Below are positions 28,073 to 37,093 of a stretch of 64,000 nt of DNA, in pieces (positions within the stretch are counted from its first letter, which is position 1; the number at the start of each line of letters is the position of its first letter). The translations under genes were made by a program, and so were the position numbers. Below the pieces are notes generated by a model. That model was not told the origin of the DNA. It did not search any database and saw only the letters and a program-made list of their open reading frames with translations. Source of the stretch: a virus (Duplodnaviria > Caudoviricetes); IMG/VR virus record IMGVR_UViG_3300021185_003947; one strand, 5' to 3'.

Positions 28073-30384
28073 TGTCATATCCAACAAATCCAACTACGGG
28101 CGATACGTATATTTTAAGTGGAAAAACTTGGAAATATGATGGTGCGAACTGGTTAAAATTAGGACTTTCACAAGCTGTATCTACTAATGTAGCATTTTCA
28201 GATTTAACAAGTACTCCAACTACTTTAGCTGGCTATGGAATTACAGATGGTGCAACAGGAACAGGTGAATCAGTTCCAGTTGGTACGGTAATTTATCATT
28301 CAGCCAACACACCCCCTACGAATTTCATAAAAGCCAATGGTGATGCTGTATCGAGGACAACTTACTCTGATTTGTTTACAGTTATTGGAACTACGTATGG
28401 CGCTGGTGATGGGTCCACTACATTTAACGTGCCTGACCTTCGTGGTGAGTTTATGCGTGGCTGGGATGATAGTCGTGGAATTGATAACGGTCGTTCCTTT
28501 GGCTCGGCTCAAGCGGATGAGCTAAAAGCACACACTCACAACTACACAGACGGGACAAACGGAACAAACCCAACAGGCACCGGGGCCGGAACAAATAATT
28601 CGTTTCCTGTGGTGAATGGACGAGCAACCAGCGAGACAGGCGGTACAGAAACCCGTCCAAGAAACATAGCCCTACTTGCTTGCATTAAATATCAATCAAC
28701 GTCTGGATCAGGTAGTAGTGCTGGTGTAGCATTCTCCGATTTAACAAGTACTCCAACTACCTTAGCCGGCTACGGAATTACAGATGGTGGCGGTGGTGGT
28801 TCATATGCAAATAGTGATGTTGATACACACTTGAACCAAGGTACTGCGACATCTAATCAAGTGTTAAGTTGGAATGGTACAGATTATGCATGGGTATCAA
28901 ATAGCATTGCAAATTCATCAGTTTCTGCCGGTACAGTAATTTATCATGCAGCTAATACTCCCCCTACAAATTTCATAAAAGCTAATGGTGCTGCTATATC
29001 GAGGACAACTTACTCTGATTTGTTTGCAGCAATTGGTACAACTTTTGGTAGTGGTGACGGCTCTTCCACGTTCAATGTTCCTGACCTTCGTGGTGAGTTT
29101 CCCAGAGGTTGGGATGACGGCCGTGGAATTGATACTAGTCGAGCTTTTGGTTCTGCACAGGCTGATGAGTTAAAAAGTCACACACACACTGTTTACAACG
29201 GTACAGCGGTTGATGACAACCGTGCCTACTCAGCGGCGGATTCTACACAACGATTATATTCAGGCTCTCCGAATAGGGAAACGGCAGCTACAGGTGGTAC
29301 AGAAACCCGCCCACGCAACATAGCCCTACTTGCTTGCATTAAATATCAATCAACCTCTTCTGGTGGTGGTGCTGGTGTAGCATTCTCAGATTTAACAAGT
29401 ACTCCAACTACATTATCAGGCTATGGAATTACAGGTGATATTGATGCCGGAGGCAACAAAGTATTATTTGCAAACATGTATGCTACAGAAGGTGATTTGC
29501 CAAGCGCGACCACCTATCATGGTATGTTTGCTCATGTTCATTCTACAGGCGCAGGCTACTTTGCTCACGCTGGTAACTGGGTTAAACTAGCAAATCATAC
29601 AGACCTAAGTAGTATATTAGCTTCTGATTACCCAGTAGAACCTAATTGGAATTCACACACAGAAGAAATTACTACATCAAGCACTTGGACTAAACCAGCC
29701 GCTTTAAGTGATGACGCTTGGGTCATTGCTTATGGTGTTGGTGGTGGAGGTGCCGGTGGACATACGTTTGCGAATAAGACTGGTTTTTCATCTATCCAAA
29801 AGGCGAGGGCTGGGGCAGGTGGTGGTGCTATGATCATTGCTTTGAAGGCTAGCACACTTAACGGCGCTTCATTTACAATTGGCAGTGGTGGTATTGGTTC
29901 TACTTCCAGTCAAGGACCGGCCGGTGGCAATACTACTATTACAACCATAGGAACTGGTAGTACAATATATACAGCTGCTGGCGGCGAAGGCGGAATAGCG
30001 GCTAACTCAGGTGCTTCTACTGGCGGCGGTGGACAGATAATTTGGTGGACAAGGCCAGGTGAAAATGATATATCCGCTAGTTGGGATGTAACTGGTGGTG
30101 GTTCAGGAGCTGGCGCAGATACAAGCTTTACTCCTGCTACTGAACAATTTGCAGGTGGTGCATCACAAGGCATGACAGGAAATGCCGGCGGTGGTGCCTT
30201 TGGTGTCTCAACTTACGCAGGTGATGGTGTAGCTGCATCTACTACAAATGTAGATGGTGTAAACGGTGGATTTCCAGGTGGTGGCGGCGGTGCTACACAC
30301 GTTAATTTCGGCGGTAGTACTACAACAACCGTAGTGACTGGTGATGGTGCAAACGGTTCAATTAGACTATACTATACAATATAA
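28072..30384 (+). CDS. Modular tail-fibre protein (770 aa, two collar domains, Gly-rich C-terminus)
   Basis: YPTNPTTGD start, two collar domains, three linkers, YHGMFAHVH module, GGGGAGG glycine-rich tail. Confidence 0.82.
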   Translation: MSYPTNPTTGDTYILSGKTWKYDGANWLKLGLSQAVSTNVAFSDLTSTPTTLAGYGITDGATGTGESVPVGTVIYHSANTPPTNFIKANGDAVSRTTYSDLFTVIGTTYGAGDGSTTFNVPDLRGEFMRGWDDSRGIDNGRSFGSAQADELKAHTHNYTDGTNGTNPTGTGAGTNNSFPVVNGRATSETGGTETRPRNIALLACIKYQSTSGSGSSAGVAFSDLTSTPTTLAGYGITDGGGGGSYANSDVDTHLNQGTATSNQVLSWNGTDYAWVSNSIANSSVSAGTVIYHAANTPPTNFIKANGAAISRTTYSDLFAAIGTTFGSGDGSSTFNVPDLRGEFPRGWDDGRGIDTSRAFGSAQADELKSHTHTVYNGTAVDDNRAYSAADSTQRLYSGSPNRETAATGGTETRPRNIALLACIKYQSTSSGGGAGVAFSDLTSTPTTLSGYGITGDIDAGGNKVLFANMYATEGDLPSATTYHGMFAHVHSTGAGYFAHAGNWVKLANHTDLSSILASDYPVEPNWNSHTEEITTSSTWTKPAALSDDAWVIAYGVGGGGAGGHTFANKTGFSSIQKARAGAGGGAMIIALKASTLNGASFTIGSGGIGSTSSQGPAGGNTTITTIGTGSTIYTAAGGEGGIAANSGASTGGGGQIIWWTRPGENDISASWDVTGGGSGAGADTSFTPATEQFAGGASQGMTGNAGGGAFGVSTYAGDGVAASTTNVDGVNGGFPGGGGGATHVNFGGSTTTTVVTGDGANGSIRLYYTI

Positions 30385-30405
30385 TATACTAGTAAGGATA
30401 AACTA

Positions 30406-30681
30406 ATGTCTAAAATATTTTATAACAAAGAAACAGGTCTTGGTGCAGTATTTGATAATTCTGCAAACATAAGTGATTGGCCTGACTTTCAGGAAAGTGC
30501 TGTGGTAGCAAACGCAATACAAGTACGAGCGGATCGGGATGCATTACTAGTGGCAGCTGACTACATGGCTTTAGCTGACCGCATAACAGATGAGTGGCGC
30601 ACTTATCGACAAGCATTGAGAGACTTGCCTGCCCAAGAAGGGTTTCCCACAAATGTAACTTGGCCAGATAAACCTGAATAA
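30406..30681 (+). CDS. Tail-fibre assembly chaperone
   Basis: VRADRD.LL...D ... WR.YRQALRDLP.Q.GFP..V.WP. Confidence 0.85.
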   Translation: MSKIFYNKETGLGAVFDNSANISDWPDFQESAVVANAIQVRADRDALLVAADYMALADRITDEWRTYRQALRDLPAQEGFPTNVTWPDKPE

Positions 30682-30706
30682 TTAATTATGTAAATAAAGG
30701 TGATCA

Positions 30707-31402
30707 ATGACACATAATGATAAAGTATTTTATTCTCAAATACAAAATATTTCTGTTGCAAATACTGTTCTTGGAAGTTCAACTGCAAATGGAATTATAA
30801 CAGAGACTCAAGTTTTTAATGAAATGATTGCAGATGATGCAATAACAGCAGTCAAAATTCCAGATGATGAAATCACATATGCTAAAATTCAAGATATGGA
30901 TGCTAATTCAGTTTTAGTTAGAGATGACGCTGCAGATGGTGATGCATCATCTAAAATGCTATTAGATACTCAAATTTTAATTAATAACGGCGCAGGGTTT
31001 ACTGCAGCTTCTTTGTCTGGTGACGTTACAATGACTAATACAGGAGTAGTAACTGTATTAAAATTAAATAAAGCAATAATTAATATCGATAATAATAAAA
31101 AAAATATTGCTATTAATAAAAAAAATATTGCTACTAATACAGATAACATCAATAGCAATACTAAAGCAATTGAAAATATTAATCTTCCATCAGGAAGTAT
31201 TATGACTTTCTCAGTTGGAATAGAACCCAAAGGTTGGCTAGAATGCGATGGTTCAGGTATTGATAGAAAATTATATTCAAATCTATTTTCTGCAATTGAT
31301 ATTAAATATGGAATAGGTGATGGCACTAACTCCTTCAATGTTCCAGATTTTAGAGGTACTTATATAAATGATATTGAAGTAATGTACTGCATTAAAATAT
31401 AA
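30707..31402 (+). CDS. Chimeric short fibre: repeat module of the 549-aa gene, coiled segment and minimal collar domain
   Basis: VLGSSTANGIITETQV is shared at DNA level with ~23490-23540. The collar lacks the variable loop (VPDFRG-TYINDIEVMYCIKI). Confidence 0.7.
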   Translation: MTHNDKVFYSQIQNISVANTVLGSSTANGIITETQVFNEMIADDAITAVKIPDDEITYAKIQDMDANSVLVRDDAADGDASSKMLLDTQILINNGAGFTAASLSGDVTMTNTGVVTVLKLNKAIINIDNNKKNIAINKKNIATNTDNINSNTKAIENINLPSGSIMTFSVGIEPKGWLECDGSGIDRKLYSNLFSAIDIKYGIGDGTNSFNVPDFRGTYINDIEVMYCIKI

Positions 31403-31412
31403 GGAATTAATT

Positions 31413-31826
31413 ATGACGTTAATATATAATTATGATAAAAAAACTAAAGTGTATACCAATACAACTACTGCAAAACCATGCCCTTTAGGAGGTAATGATC
31501 GCGTTCCAGCCCACGCAACTACAATTGCTATTCCAGATCTATCAGATAAGGAATGTGCGGTTTGGGATGGATCTGCTTGGACTATAGGACCTGATTTTAG
31601 AGGAACCGTATATTGGATAAATCATTATGAATCTAAAACTATAACAGAAGCTAATATTGACATTCCTTTTGACGCATACCTTACTCAGCCATTTGCACCA
31701 CCAGAAGAAGAATCGACTAAAGAAAAACTTGCTGCTTATGAATTGGCAATAGAAAAATCAATAGATGCAATAGATGATAGAAACGAACGAATTCGTTTAC
31801 ATTTACAATCTATATCTAATTCGTAG
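31413..31826 (+). CDS. Tfa-like tail-fibre assembly protein
   Basis: IYNYD..T..Y.......PA.AT..A.P......WDG..W....D.RG.VY. Confidence 0.75.
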   Translation: MTLIYNYDKKTKVYTNTTTAKPCPLGGNDRVPAHATTIAIPDLSDKECAVWDGSAWTIGPDFRGTVYWINHYESKTITEANIDIPFDAYLTQPFAPPEEESTKEKLAAYELAIEKSIDAIDDRNERIRLHLQSISNS

Positions 31827-32045
31827 TTAATTAAATGCTACTTTAACAACATTACCATTTGGATCAAACATTGTACTAACTCTATTGACTTTACAATTAG
31901 TACTAGTTCTACATTTCCACCATTCTTCAGCTTCTTCTTGAGTTTTAACTGTTATTGCAGTCCACTCAAGAGGACCTTCAGTTCTAGGTTTTCCTGTAGT
32001 TTCATCGAATTGCCTAACGCTGAATTGTCCTCTGAGTGTCCACAT
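31827..32045 (-). CDS. Hypothetical early protein (72 aa)
   Basis: AAGGA RBS and its own early promoter. Confidence 0.6.
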   Translation of the reverse strand: MWTLRGQFSVRQFDETTGKPRTEGPLEWTAITVKTQEEAEEWWKCRTSTNCKVNRVSTMFDPNGNVVKVAFN

Positions 32046-32073
32046 AATATTTCCTTTATCATTTGTTATATTC

Positions 32074-32102
32074 TTTATAATACATTTTAGAGTAAATGTA
32101 AA
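32074..32102 (-). promoter_or_regulatory. Early promoter, near-duplicate of 5607-5635
   Basis: CCTTTACATTT..N..TATAAAGAATATAACAAA shared by both sites. Confidence 0.72.
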
Positions 32103-32143
32103 GGAGTATTTTCAATGTTTTTTATTTTATTTCCACATAAATA

Positions 32144-32165
32144 AAGGGCGCCCGAAAGCGCCCTT
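32144..32165 (-). terminator. Terminator downstream of the major capsid gene
   Basis: AAGGGCGCT-TTCG-GGCGCCCTT then T-rich. Confidence 0.8.
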
Positions 32166-32206
32166 GGTAGTTATTCTTAGAGAGAGGTTGGTTCCTCTCT
32201 TTTTTC

Positions 32207-33553
32207 TTATACGTCGAGGATATTATCTACGCGGAAGATTCTGTAGTACTGGTTAGTCTTTGCATTAGCAAGACCGTTTGCTGGAGCGTTTCCAACAAAT
32301 GGGTTTGATACCATACCATAACGAGTTTTGAACCCGATACGTGGCTGGAAGTCATTCTCACCTACGGCACGGACCATAGTCAGCGGTACGTATGGGCAAT
32401 AGAAGAGACCTGCGTCATAAGCATTGGTACCTTTGTATCCAACGTTAATATAGTCTACAGTTGCATACGGATCGATGTATACTTTGGTACGACCATTAAG
32501 AACACCAGCAAAAGTATTACCAGTATCGTCGACTGTCAGGCTATCTTTCAGAGCTGGAGCATAGTCCAACATTCCAGTAGCAGACAAGCAAGAAGCAACA
32601 TCAGAAGAAGTAATGATGAAATTACCACGACCTCTACGAGTCAGTTTTGCAATTGCATTTGCTTCACGTTCGATCTGAACCATCAGACCTTTGAAACGCT
32701 CTACACTCCAACGACCATCAGCATCATTCTTCAGATCAAAGACACCGTCAACTGCTGTTTGAGATGTAGAAGCACCAGTTCTAGCTTGGCTATTAATAGT
32801 ACGGATTACTTCCCGGTTGATTTCAGCAAGAATTTCAGTTGAAAGAATGTTAGCCAGTTCGCTTTCAGCGTCCAGACCGTGGATTGCTTTCAGATCCTGT
32901 GCGAGTTCAAGCGAATATTCTGCTTTCAATGCACGTGTTTTTGCTGATACAGTTGCTTTCTCAATGGTGAAACCCATTTCATTGAAAGCAGAGTTAGGAC
33001 TAGTACCAGTAGTACCAAGACCTTCACCGTTTGCTGTATCCATACCACCTCTTGGATGAACAGCTGAACGCTCATCATCGATAGTACCTGAAGTGTTAGC
33101 ATCTGTAAGACCACTAAGACCAGAACCATCAGTGGGCATAGCTGTACCAGATGAATCACCAGAGAACTTGGTATTTGCTTCGTTAAACAGTGCTTCGTCA
33201 TTAGTAGTTACACCACCATTGAAACGTGATTTCATCGCAAAGATCAGTCCAGTTGGACCAGTCATTGGCTGAACACCACAGACGTCATATGCCATCATGT
33301 TGGGCATTGCACGACGTACGAGCGAAATAAGGATTGGATCCCACTTATCGATCGAACCAGTATTTGCACCAGCAGGTGCATCCTCTGTCAAGTAACCTTG
33401 CTGAGCAGAACGGGCTTCTTGAAGAGCTTTTTCTTGGTTTTCAAGAACAACAGCCGTTACCGACTTTCTATATTGATCTTGAATTGTACCGGCTGATTCT
33501 TCGTTCAGAACCGGTGCCCACTTTTCAGTAAGCGATTTGTATGCGTTAGACAT
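32207..33553 (-). CDS. 23: Major capsid protein
   Basis: KWAPVL, LENQE, DPILISLVRR, VQPMTGPTGLIFAM, LKAEYSLELAQDLKAIHGLDA, FQPRIGFKTRYG. Confidence 0.98.
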   Translation of the reverse strand: MSNAYKSLTEKWAPVLNEESAGTIQDQYRKSVTAVVLENQEKALQEARSAQQGYLTEDAPAGANTGSIDKWDPILISLVRRAMPNMMAYDVCGVQPMTGPTGLIFAMKSRFNGGVTTNDEALFNEANTKFSGDSSGTAMPTDGSGLSGLTDANTSGTIDDERSAVHPRGGMDTANGEGLGTTGTSPNSAFNEMGFTIEKATVSAKTRALKAEYSLELAQDLKAIHGLDAESELANILSTEILAEINREVIRTINSQARTGASTSQTAVDGVFDLKNDADGRWSVERFKGLMVQIEREANAIAKLTRRGRGNFIITSSDVASCLSATGMLDYAPALKDSLTVDDTGNTFAGVLNGRTKVYIDPYATVDYINVGYKGTNAYDAGLFYCPYVPLTMVRAVGENDFQPRIGFKTRYGMVSNPFVGNAPANGLANAKTNQYYRIFRVDNILDV

Positions 33554-33564
33554 CTTTTGTCTCC

Positions 33565-34716
33565 TTAGTTATTTGATCTGATTGCAGTTAGATATTGGTC
33601 CATCCGTGTGCTTGTTACAACTTCTTCACCATCATCGAGCTCATTAGCTTCGGTGATTGATTGGCTAGGTGTAGAAGCTTCAACTTCTACTTGAGGTTGA
33701 TCTGAAAAGTAAGATTCTACAAGAGTATCTACTTTAGCAGCAAATGCTTCAGATGATTCAAAATCAATTGATTCTGCAAGTTTAGTTAGTTTGTCGGCTT
33801 GAGTTCCAGCAAGATCTTTTGAAGCTTCTGCAATAATTGCATGCCGCTCAAGATTTTGCATTTCAGATCTCATTTCGATGATAGTAGATGTTTCTTGATT
33901 GAGTTTTTCTTCCAGAGCAATTACCTGCTCAGCAAGATCATCAACAAGATCAACTTTGGATTCTGGAACTTCGATGTAAGATTCAGTGAACAAGTCTTTC
34001 AGACTTCCCATGAATGTTTCAGCGATTTCAGTTCTAAGACCGGATTCAACAGCCAGTCTATTTTCTTCCATCCATGTTTCAACAACGTAGTTTAGATAAC
34101 CGTCGACTTTTTCGACAAGCTCTTCACGTGCTTCAACGACAGCTTCAGAGATTTCAGAAGTATATTGTTCTTCCAGCTCTTCTACTTTTTCAGCAATAAG
34201 GGTTGCAGTGACAAGTTCCATATCTGCAGCTTTTTCCATAATTTTGGAATTAACAGCAGCTTCGAAAATTGTAGAAGCTTTACCTTTAAAGTCGTCTGAA
34301 AGAGTTGCTTCGGATTCAACCAAAGCTTCCAGATCGTCATCAAAGTTATACTCTACCAATTCTTCATCGGACTCATCTAGATCCAAGTCAGTGCCAAATG
34401 CTTCTTGATACAATGTATTAATAACATCAGCAGGCAAAGCTGCCAACTTAGTCATATTTTCCATTTTGTTTTCGTATCCGTATCCAGCATTCAGTTTTTG
34501 CATTGGTTCTTGACCGGAAGTATCACCGTTTTTGGCTTTACTTGTTCCGGCCGCGCCTTTTTTAGCTTGGGCTTTAGGATCAGTCTTTGTCATTCCATCA
34601 GTTTCGGAATGATCAGGGTCTGGTGCCTTACCTTTTGTAGTTGGTGCCTTAGCCTCGTCCACAACTTCCGTTGCTTCATCGAGGTCGACATCCTGTTCGT
34701 AATTTTGATCAGTCAT
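33565..34716 (-). CDS. 22: Prohead core scaffold protein
   Basis: Acidic; K..TIFEAAV, VDGYLNYVVETWMEEN, F...LK.LF.ESYI.VP. Confidence 0.93.
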   Translation of the reverse strand: MTDQNYEQDVDLDEATEVVDEAKAPTTKGKAPDPDHSETDGMTKTDPKAQAKKGAAGTSKAKNGDTSGQEPMQKLNAGYGYENKMENMTKLAALPADVINTLYQEAFGTDLDLDESDEELVEYNFDDDLEALVESEATLSDDFKGKASTIFEAAVNSKIMEKAADMELVTATLIAEKVEELEEQYTSEISEAVVEAREELVEKVDGYLNYVVETWMEENRLAVESGLRTEIAETFMGSLKDLFTESYIEVPESKVDLVDDLAEQVIALEEKLNQETSTIIEMRSEMQNLERHAIIAEASKDLAGTQADKLTKLAESIDFESSEAFAAKVDTLVESYFSDQPQVEVEASTPSQSITEANELDDGEEVVTSTRMDQYLTAIRSNN

Positions 34717-34731
34717 GTTTTGACTCCTCTA

Positions 34732-35382
34732 TTATTTAAGCAACGAGAGGAAATTCTTAAACTCACGAGTTTGTACTTCATACAATCTCGATCGTGGAGC
34801 TTTCTTAATTTCAGTCTCAATCTTTTCAATGTCTCGAGCTTCTATCACGCCATTGTTCCATATCCAGTCGACCCCCTCCATAATGCCATTAACGAAAGCG
34901 TCTGGGGCGGATGGATCTTGAACAATGTCAACCGTTGCTAACATAAAATCTTCTTTTACATAGTTGGTTCCATTACGATTCTCTAGACTTCCCATACCAC
35001 GAGTTGATACACCTAGTTGAACGCCACCATCGAGTAAACCTTTAACGATCTGCCCCATTGGAGTGTCTAATATAAGTGCCTTACCCATCACGTTATTACC
35101 GGACCAATTTAGTTCGGTAATGCGATGGGATACTTTGTCTAAGTTTACAGTGGGACCATCTGGATGGTTCAATTCACCTACTGCTCTCTTAGGAATTACT
35201 TGTTCTTTGTTATACTTAGCGATTGCTTTTTCCATAATAGCTTTTGGATAAATTCTGCCATTACGGTTTTTGCTTTCAGCTTGTGCGAAAATACCTTCAA
35301 TTACATGATTTTTTCCACCGTTTTCGGTAGCTTCTGTCATATAAGATATTTCTTGATCTTGGTATTCTGCAATTAATTTCAT
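34732..35382 (-). CDS. 21: Prohead protease
   Basis: NRNGRIYP, GELNHP, GVSTRGMGS, DIV.DPSAP.AFV. Confidence 0.96.
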   Translation of the reverse strand: MKLIAEYQDQEISYMTEATENGGKNHVIEGIFAQAESKNRNGRIYPKAIMEKAIAKYNKEQVIPKRAVGELNHPDGPTVNLDKVSHRITELNWSGNNVMGKALILDTPMGQIVKGLLDGGVQLGVSTRGMGSLENRNGTNYVKEDFMLATVDIVQDPSAPDAFVNGIMEGVDWIWNNGVIEARDIEKIETEIKKAPRSRLYEVQTREFKNFLSLLK

Positions 35383-35397
35383 TTTTTTTACCTTATT

Positions 35398-35823
35398 TTA
35401 ACCTACACGGTATTCAACACCGTCGTCTTCAGGTGCATTATGTGGTACATGCATGTCTGCTGCTGCATGTGCTTTTTTTGATGCATCATTTGCCTTTTCA
35501 GTTGGCCGCTTCATTCTTTTACCGCCCATTTGATCGTGACCTTGCTGTGGATTTTTACCTAATTTTGCATAATGATCTGCAGCACTGTAATGAAAAGCTG
35601 CAGCTTCACGATGTGCATAATGAGCTTCACTTTCTGTAGGAAACTCCTCTGCATCCTTTTCATGTTGGTATCCACGGTCTTCATGGTGTATTTCTTGCCG
35701 CTCGGCAAAATTTTTCACATGCTTAATGTCTCTATGACTCAATTCGGCGTCGTGGGGGTGATTGTGAAGTGGATACTGTGCCGCCTCATTAACTTCATTC
35801 ATAAAATTAGTAAATGTTTTCAT
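35398..35823 (-). CDS. His-rich hypothetical protein, candidate internal head protein
   Basis: Start MKTFTNFMNEVNE resembles T4 capsid-targeting leaders; about 16 His in 141 aa. Confidence 0.6.
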   Translation of the reverse strand: MKTFTNFMNEVNEAAQYPLHNHPHDAELSHRDIKHVKNFAERQEIHHEDRGYQHEKDAEEFPTESEAHYAHREAAAFHYSAADHYAKLGKNPQQGHDQMGGKRMKRPTEKANDASKKAHAAADMHVPHNAPEDDGVEYRVG

Positions 35824-35824
35824 T

Positions 35825-36094
35825 TTATCCTCCAAGATACCCGACGGGTACTAGTTTAACTGTTGCAGCTGCCGCGAATATTTTCTCGTCAGAATTTTTA
35901 TTTAAGTAAATTACTTCTTTTGGTCCAATAGTAGCAGTTCCAATAGTAACACCTGCTGCTGTACAACGTGTTACCAAAAGACTAGCAGTATGGCTATTGA
36001 ATACCCTTACACATTTTGCGCTGGAAAGATTGGTTGCAGCTCCATGCGTAGTAGCCGCATTTACTTCTGAACCCATGAGTGTAACCATTGTCAT
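35825..36094 (-). CDS. Hypothetical protein (89 aa) in the head cluster
   Basis: Beta-rich ORF with AAGGA RBS. Confidence 0.65.
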   Translation of the reverse strand: MTMVTLMGSEVNAATTHGAATNLSSAKCVRVFNSHTASLLVTRCTAAGVTIGTATIGPKEVIYLNKNSDEKIFAAAATVKLVPVGYLGG

Positions 36095-36106
36095 ATTATT
36101 TTTCCT

Positions 36107-36574
36107 TTAACTTTCTTTAAGCGCGTTGTGCCCACGCTTAGTAAGATCTGATATTTTTTCAGCTGCTTCACCGTGATCAGCTTTGTGAAAAAAACTCTTT
36201 TTTTGACTTGCCAAGCTTCGACCTGGGTTTACATCACCTGATAGGCCTGTATGTTGTGCAGCAATCATATTGTGTTCACTACTTTTTTCTTTGTTACCTA
36301 TAAATCCGTGCACATTCGCAAGACCTGTATGAAACTTGGATAATTCATTATGATGGGTACTAAGAGCATTCAGATGTTTCTTTTCTTTTTCACTATGCAT
36401 GCCTTCACTATTTTTATACTTATTGTGAATTTTATTAATAGCGTCTGTATGTTCTTTATATACCGATACATGAGGACCTACAAGATGAAGACTACTTACA
36501 TCTTTGTCTTCTCTTATATTTTGCAGCAAAGAAGCATATGTCGTAAGTCGTTTTTCATTATTATTACTAAACAT
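36107..36574 (-). CDS. His-rich hypothetical protein
   Basis: About 15 His in 155 aa with helical H..A...H spacing; GGAGG RBS. Confidence 0.6.
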   Translation of the reverse strand: MFSNNNEKRLTTYASLLQNIREDKDVSSLHLVGPHVSVYKEHTDAINKIHNKYKNSEGMHSEKEKKHLNALSTHHNELSKFHTGLANVHGFIGNKEKSSEHNMIAAQHTGLSGDVNPGRSLASQKKSFFHKADHGEAAEKISDLTKRGHNALKES

Positions 36575-36577
36575 TTG

Positions 36578-36790
36578 CTACCTCCCTTTGTACTGCTTAA
36601 TGAATTCTTTAGCCATTGCCATAGCTTCTTTTTCATTTGGATATGTGTCTAATTCATCGCCGTCAATCATTGTTTTAAATTTATTATGTGCAAGTTTATG
36701 AATGACTACATTTTTGCGGCCAATCTTTACTTTTTTAACTATATTAGAAGCTTCTTGTAAATTAGCTTTTAATTCTTTAAACTTAAGCAT
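36578..36790 (-). CDS. Small head-cluster protein (gp68 position)
   Basis: MLKFKELKANLQE leader; IDG.ELD.Y motif. Confidence 0.6.
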   Translation of the reverse strand: MLKFKELKANLQEASNIVKKVKIGRKNVVIHKLAHNKFKTMIDGDELDTYPNEKEAMAMAKEFIKQYKGR

Positions 36791-37037
36791 CTACCATTTC
36801 TTCCTGATCGCCACCAAATATATTACTAGAAACACTAATTCTTTCTTGCTCAATTGCATCACTTAATCTATCATTTAACTGACTTGAAAATATATTAGAA
36901 GCAGACGACAAATCTCCATCACCAATTGCATTAACCATATCCATTAAAGGATTAGCTTCAACTTCTGGCTCATCGAGATCCATATCTTCTTCTGCTGTAG
37001 TTTCAATTTCATAATCATTTTCAAATTCATCTTCCAT
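36783..37037 (-). CDS. 67: Prohead core protein, gp67-like
   Basis: Small acidic protein right after the portal; A...F......RL.DA.E. Confidence 0.65.
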   Translation of the reverse strand: MEDEFENDYEIETTAEEDMDLDEPEVEANPLMDMVNAIGDGDLSSASNIFSSQLNDRLSDAIEQERISVSSNIFGGDQEEMVDA

Positions 37038-37060
37038 TGTATTCTCCGCTTATTTAGTTA

Positions 37061-37068
37061 TATTTATA
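37061..37068 (-). promoter_or_regulatory. Late promoter for the head genes
   Basis: TATAAATA. Confidence 0.65.
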
Positions 37069-37093
37069 CATTTAAATCTTTTAAATAATATTT

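Larger units (their letters stand above)
24219..29436 (+). repeat. Seven dispersed near-identical 60-bp repeats encoding VAFSDLTSTPTTL(A/S)GYGIT
   Basis: Copies at 24219-24278, 25296-25355, 26420-26479, 27035-27094, 28189-28248, 28726-28785 and 29377-29436. Confidence 0.9.

Noticed and set aside
25600-29345. Diversity-generating retroelement acting on the collar loops
   Set aside because: No reverse transcriptase in the window, and the variable segments are unrelated in length and sequence rather than differing only at adenines.
24219-29436. 60-bp dispersed repeats as CRISPR repeats or site-specific invertase sites
   Set aside because: Spacing is irregular (about 0.5-1.2 kb), all copies are direct and coding, and no recombinase or cas gene is in the window.
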